From Bacteroidota bacterium (lineage in GTDB: Bacteria > Bacteroidota > Bacteroidia > Chitinophagales > Chitinophagaceae), in the NCBI GenBank assembly GCA_005789565.1, contig SXXL01000016.1, forward strand, positions 4,745 through 68,744: 64,000 nt of DNA. The letters run 5' to 3'. This document shows, piece by piece, positions 60,343 through 64,000 of this stretch (within the stretch, counting starts at the first letter, position 1; each line of letters begins with the position of its first letter). Under the pieces are notes generated by a model, which had not been told where the DNA came from, searched no databases, and worked only from the letters and a program-made list of their open reading frames with translations. A program made the position numbers and the translations under genes.

Positions 60343-62595
60343 TCACATCCCAAACTTGGTCAGAAACTTGATCCGCATGATCTTGAGTTGTTCCCAGTTG
60401 AAATCGAAATCGGCCAGTTCTTCCTGGGCTACTTGCAGCGAGGAGGTTTCACAACCTTTGAAGTATTCGATGATCTCGTCCTGTTCCTCTTCGTCGAGCA
60501 TTTCATCGATGGCGTAATCGAGGTTGAGGCGGGTGCCGCTGGCAGCGATGCTTTCCATTTCTTCCAGCATTTCATCCATGCGCCAGCCTTTGTTCTTGGC
60601 GATGGTTTCCAGCGATACTTTCTTATCGGTGTTCTGAATGATATAAACTTTATTTCCGCTTTTGTTGACGACGCTCTTCATCACAAAATCATCGGGCGGT
60701 TCGATGCCGTTGTCCTCTGCGTATCGGGCGATCAGGTCTACGAAGGGTTTTCCGTATTTGAGGGCCTTGCCTTTGCTGATGCCCTGACATTTTTCAAGCC
60801 CCTCCAAGGTCGTCGGATAGAACGTAGCCATGTCCTGCAGCGATGATTCCAGAAAGATCACGAAGGGCGGCAATCCTTTTTTCTTGGCTTCCTGTTGGCG
60901 CAGTTCCATCAGCATCTTCATCAATCGGTCGTCGAGCGCCAAGACTTCGCCTTCTTCTCCGGCTCCTTCCTCGTCATCGGCATGCGCATCGTTGTAGAGG
61001 TTGTTGATGACCATTTCGAAGGACTTCGGCTTTTTCAGATACGCGTCTCCTTTCTTCGTGATCTTGAGTACGCCGTACTCTTCAATGTCTTTGGTGAGCA
61101 GTCCCTCCAGGATCATTTGCCGGATCAAGGAGTTCCAGTAATAGGGCTCTTGGTCGTTTCCGGCGGCGAAGACCTCGACGCCTTCGTGACGGAACATTTG
61201 AATTTGCGGCGTGATCTTTCCGATGAGGATGGAGATCACGTATTCGGTGGCGAAGCGTTCGTCCAGTTCGCGAATGGCTTTTAAGACCAAAGCGGCTTCG
61301 GCTTTGGCGTCTTGTCTTTCTTTGGGTTGGCGGCAGTTGTCGCACTGCCCGCAATTCTCGTTCGGGTATTCTTCTCCGAAATAACTCATCAGCATGCGAC
61401 GACGGCAAACGCCGGTTTCCGCGAACGCCACGGTTTCCTGGATGAGCTGGGCCCCCACTTCGCGTTCACTCAGAGGCTTATCGCGCATCAGGTGTTCGAG
61501 TTTGCTGACGTCTTTATGCGAATAATAGAGGATACATTTTCCTTCGAGTCCGTCGCGGCCCGCCCTTCCTGTTTCCTGATAATAATTCTCGATCGATTTG
61601 GGGATGTTGTAGTGGATCACGAAGCGGATATCGGGCTTGTCGATTCCCATGCCAAAGGCGATGGTGGCGCAGATCACTTGCACGTCTTCGCCGAGGAATT
61701 GATCCTGCCGCTCGGCACGAAGCTTGCTGTCGAGCCCTGCGTGATAGGCCACGGCCTTGATGCCGTTGGCCATTAAGATATCGGCCAGTTCCTCGGTCGT
61801 TTTTCGGTTGAGCGTATAGATGATCCCGCTTTTGGTTTTCATCGATTTGATGAAGCGGACGATGTTCTCATCGGTCTGTGCCTTTTTGATCTTGGGAAGC
61901 ACTTCGTAGAAGAGATTGGACCGATTGAAGGAGGAAATAAAAATATTGGGTTGGCGCAGCTCCAGGTTCTTGACGATGTCGGTTTGTACCTTGGGCGTGG
62001 CGGTGGCGGTGAGGGCGATCATGGGGGCGGTGGGACTGATCTCGTTCATCATCTCGCGCAGGCGGCGGTATTCGGGTCGGAAATCATGTCCCCATTCCGA
62101 GATACAATGCGCTTCATCCACCGCGAAGAAGGAGATGGTCAGTTCGCTGAAAAATTCCAGGTTCTCGGTCTTGGTCAGTGTTTCCGGTGCCACGTACAGC
62201 ATCTTGGTGGTGCCGCTGGTGAGATCGGATTGTACTTCCTTGATCTCTTTTTTGCTGAGGGTCGAGTTCAGGAAATGGGCGATGGCATCTTCACTGCTGT
62301 AGCCGCGGATCAGGTCGACCTGATTTTTCATCAGCGCGATGAGCGGAGAAACGATAATGGCCACGCCTTCGCTGATCAGGGCCGGGAGTTGGTAGCAGAG
62401 GCTTTTGCCGCCACCGGTGGGCATGATCACGAAAGTGTCGTGTCCGGCCAACAGCGATTCAATGGCCTTCTCCTGCTGGCCTTTGAATTGATCGAATCCA
62501 AAATGCTCGTGAAGGGCTTGGTGTAGGTCAGATTTGCCGGCTCGGGCGGGGGATTTCTTGGTCTTTGTCGTCTTTATGTTCGATTTTTTAGCCAT
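60343..62595 (-). CDS. recQ: ATP-dependent DNA helicase RecQ
   Basis: ATG at 62595 (the track start is GTG at 62628). Contains TGGGKSLCYQ, DEAHCISEWGHDFRPEY, the zinc-binding CxxCDNC region, and RQC and HRDC regions. Confidence 0.93.
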   Translation of the reverse strand: MAKKSNIKTTKTKKSPARAGKSDLHQALHEHFGFDQFKGQQEKAIESLLAGHDTFVIMPTGGGKSLCYQLPALISEGVAIIVSPLIALMKNQVDLIRGYSSEDAIAHFLNSTLSKKEIKEVQSDLTSGTTKMLYVAPETLTKTENLEFFSELTISFFAVDEAHCISEWGHDFRPEYRRLREMMNEISPTAPMIALTATATPKVQTDIVKNLELRQPNIFISSFNRSNLFYEVLPKIKKAQTDENIVRFIKSMKTKSGIIYTLNRKTTEELADILMANGIKAVAYHAGLDSKLRAERQDQFLGEDVQVICATIAFGMGIDKPDIRFVIHYNIPKSIENYYQETGRAGRDGLEGKCILYYSHKDVSKLEHLMRDKPLSEREVGAQLIQETVAFAETGVCRRRMLMSYFGEEYPNENCGQCDNCRQPKERQDAKAEAALVLKAIRELDERFATEYVISILIGKITPQIQMFRHEGVEVFAAGNDQEPYYWNSLIRQMILEGLLTKDIEEYGVLKITKKGDAYLKKPKSFEMVINNLYNDAHADDEEGAGEEGEVLALDDRLMKMLMELRQQEAKKKGLPPFVIFLESSLQDMATFYPTTLEGLEKCQGISKGKALKYGKPFVDLIARYAEDNGIEPPDDFVMKSVVNKSGNKVYIIQNTDKKVSLETIAKNKGWRMDEMLEEMESIAASGTRLNLDYAIDEMLDEEEQDEIIEYFKGCETSSLQVAQEELADFDFNWEQLKIMRIKFLTKFGM

Positions 62596-62792
62596 TTCGT
62601 TAAACAAACCTCGGTCCACTCGGTTCACTTCATAAGGTACGAAGTTTTGGCGGGGTGTCGGTTTTTATTTTGAAGGGGGGCTAAGTTACCACTCAAGTGC
62701 CTGATTTCAAGGGGAAAAACAACGTTTTACCGGGTTTTTAACGAACGGGCATAGGCCATTAAAATTGGTTAGTTTTGCCCAGTTTTCTTCTC

Positions 62793-63755
62793 ATGGCCAC
62801 ATCCATTCAAAACATAGCGCGGGAGACCATTCACCTGGAGTCTGTTTCTGTGGCGGCCTTGGCCGATCGGATCGGGGCTGATTTTGAGCGGGCCGTACAG
62901 ATCTTATCGGAGGCTCAGGGTCGTGTCATCATAAGCGGTATCGGAAAGAGTGCTGTCATTGCACAGAAGATCGTGGCCACGTTCAATTCGACCGGTACGC
63001 CGGCGGTTTTCATGCATGCGGCCGATGCCATTCACGGAGATCTGGGTATGATTTTGCCAGGGGATGTGGTGGTGATGATCAGTAAAAGCGGGGAGAGTGC
63101 GGAGATCAAAACTTTGGTGCCGCTCGTCAAGGAGTTTGGCAATACGTTGATCGCGTTGGTGGGCAAGTTGGATTCTTATTTGGCGATGCAGGCCGATGTG
63201 GTGATTGATACGGTGGTGGAGCAGGAGGCTTGTCCCAATAACCTCGCCCCCACGACCAGTACGACGGCACAATTGGTGATGGGTGATGCGCTCGCGATCT
63301 GTTTGATGAGGCTTCGGGGATTTCAGTCGGATGACTTTGCCCGGGTGCATCCGGGTGGTGCGTTGGGGAAGCGATTGCATTTGCGGGTATTGGAGTTGGC
63401 TCGTGCCAATGAGAGGCCTTGTGTTCGTCCCGATGCAACGGTACAGGAAGCAATTTTAGAAATGACGAAAAAGCGGTTGGGGGTAACGGCCGTGGTGGAT
63501 GCGCAGGAAAAATTATTGGGCATCATTACGGATGGCGACTTACGTCGCATGTTGGAGCGGGGGGTAGATTGGAGTGGGATGAAGGCGATCGATATCATGT
63601 CGGCTGGTCCCAAGTGTATCGCGCCCGAGGCCCTGGCGGTGGAGGCCCTGAGTGTGTTGCAGGATCATTCGATCTCGCAGCTGGCGGTGGTGCAGGACGA
63701 TCGATATGTGGGCATGATCCATATACATGACCTGATCCGGGAAGGATTACATTGA
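62793..63755 (+). CDS. KpsF/GutQ-family arabinose-5-phosphate isomerase (SIS + tandem CBS)
   Basis: ATG at 62793. Contains GIGKSAVIAQKI, ISKSGES and two CBS-like repeats. Confidence 0.88.
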   Translation: MATSIQNIARETIHLESVSVAALADRIGADFERAVQILSEAQGRVIISGIGKSAVIAQKIVATFNSTGTPAVFMHAADAIHGDLGMILPGDVVVMISKSGESAEIKTLVPLVKEFGNTLIALVGKLDSYLAMQADVVIDTVVEQEACPNNLAPTTSTTAQLVMGDALAICLMRLRGFQSDDFARVHPGGALGKRLHLRVLELARANERPCVRPDATVQEAILEMTKKRLGVTAVVDAQEKLLGIITDGDLRRMLERGVDWSGMKAIDIMSAGPKCIAPEALAVEALSVLQDHSISQLAVVQDDRYVGMIHIHDLIREGLH

Positions 63756-63758
63756 CCT

Positions 63759-64000
63759 ATGAATAAGCATCGATACGTGGCGGTAATGGCCGGGGGGATC
63801 GGCAGTCGGTTCTGGCCGATGAGTCGGTCGACTTATCCCAAACAATTTTTGGATGTATTGGGGTTGGGACGAACCCTGATCCAACAGACGGTGGATCGCT
63901 ACAAGGGTCTGGTGCCACCGGAAAATATTTTCATTGTAACCTCTGCTGAATACGTTTCGCTGGTGCGGGAACAATTGCCCGAGATCCCGGAGGCGCAGAT
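63759..64000 (+). CDS. Mannose-1-phosphate guanylyltransferase, N-terminal fragment (runs off the window)
   Basis: Read by eye as MNKHRYVAVMAGGIGSRFWPMSRSTYPKQFLDVLG..., the nucleotidyltransferase G-rich loop. No stop before base 64000. Confidence 0.8.
   Translation, partial: MNKHRYVAVMAGGIGSRFWPMSRSTYPKQFLDVLGLGRTLIQQTVDRYKGLVPPENIFIVTSAEYVSLVREQLPEIPEAQ

Overview
This 64-kb window looks like chromosomal DNA from a Bacteroidota-type genome. Evidence: T9SS type-B cargo with adjacent PorP/SprF genes, a TonB-dependent receptor with a carboxypeptidase-regulatory-like N-terminus, and TAnnTTTG -7 promoter boxes. All calls come from reading the ORF translations and the DNA by eye; no searches or statistics were run. 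Several starts were moved off the track's longest-ORF GTG/TTG starts to the ATG that fits a signal peptide or the neighbouring stop. About 55 CDS, two tRNAs and no rRNA or CRISPR array are supported.

Gene content in order:
- 1-17.4 kb: MBOAT fragment, rpoN, DegT-type aminotransferase, GHL10 hydrolase, MarR, radical SAM/SPASM, pxpBCA plus an Nramp-like transporter, AI-2E transporter, a YtxH/holin-X-like trio, a PAS histidine kinase with LuxR response regulator, a SWIB/MDM2 protein with a histone-H1-like tail, tcdA, and a phosphoribosyltransferase.
- 17.7-35.5 kb: a T9SS cluster with two giant type-B CTD proteins (about 2998 and 1543 aa), two PorP/SprF genes and an OmpA-family gene.
- 35.6-48.5 kb: di-haem peroxidase, ArsC-like phosphatase, TonB-dependent receptor, Sua5/TsaC, an orphan histidine kinase, dihydroorotase, DUF2279 and DUF3050 genes, a HigB/HigA-like toxin-antitoxin pair, DUF1801, and PhyH.
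- 48.5-52.6 kb: a WYL-domain regulator divergent from a five-gene cassette.
- 52.7-64 kb: purT, then a visibly AT-richer islet (GNAT, small orphan ORFs, a truncated and frameshifted IS3 orfA with one terminal inverted repeat) abutting the 3' end of tRNA-Asn, then a Rieske protein, hflX, an OMP, tRNA-CAT, GDPD, recQ, a KpsF-like isomerase, and a partial mannose-1-P guanylyltransferase.

Most interesting observations:
- The WYL-linked cassette is the best candidate for an uncharacterised nuclease-based defence or DNA-damage module. It holds two orphan proteins, an RmuC-like coiled-coil PD-(D/E)xK candidate, a signal-peptide-bearing HNH endonuclease and a 75-aa ORF. Its divergent promoter/operator region is strikingly symmetric.
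- Three families of short intergenic repeats form long hairpins. One family supplies the C-terminal residues and stop codons of two unrelated genes.
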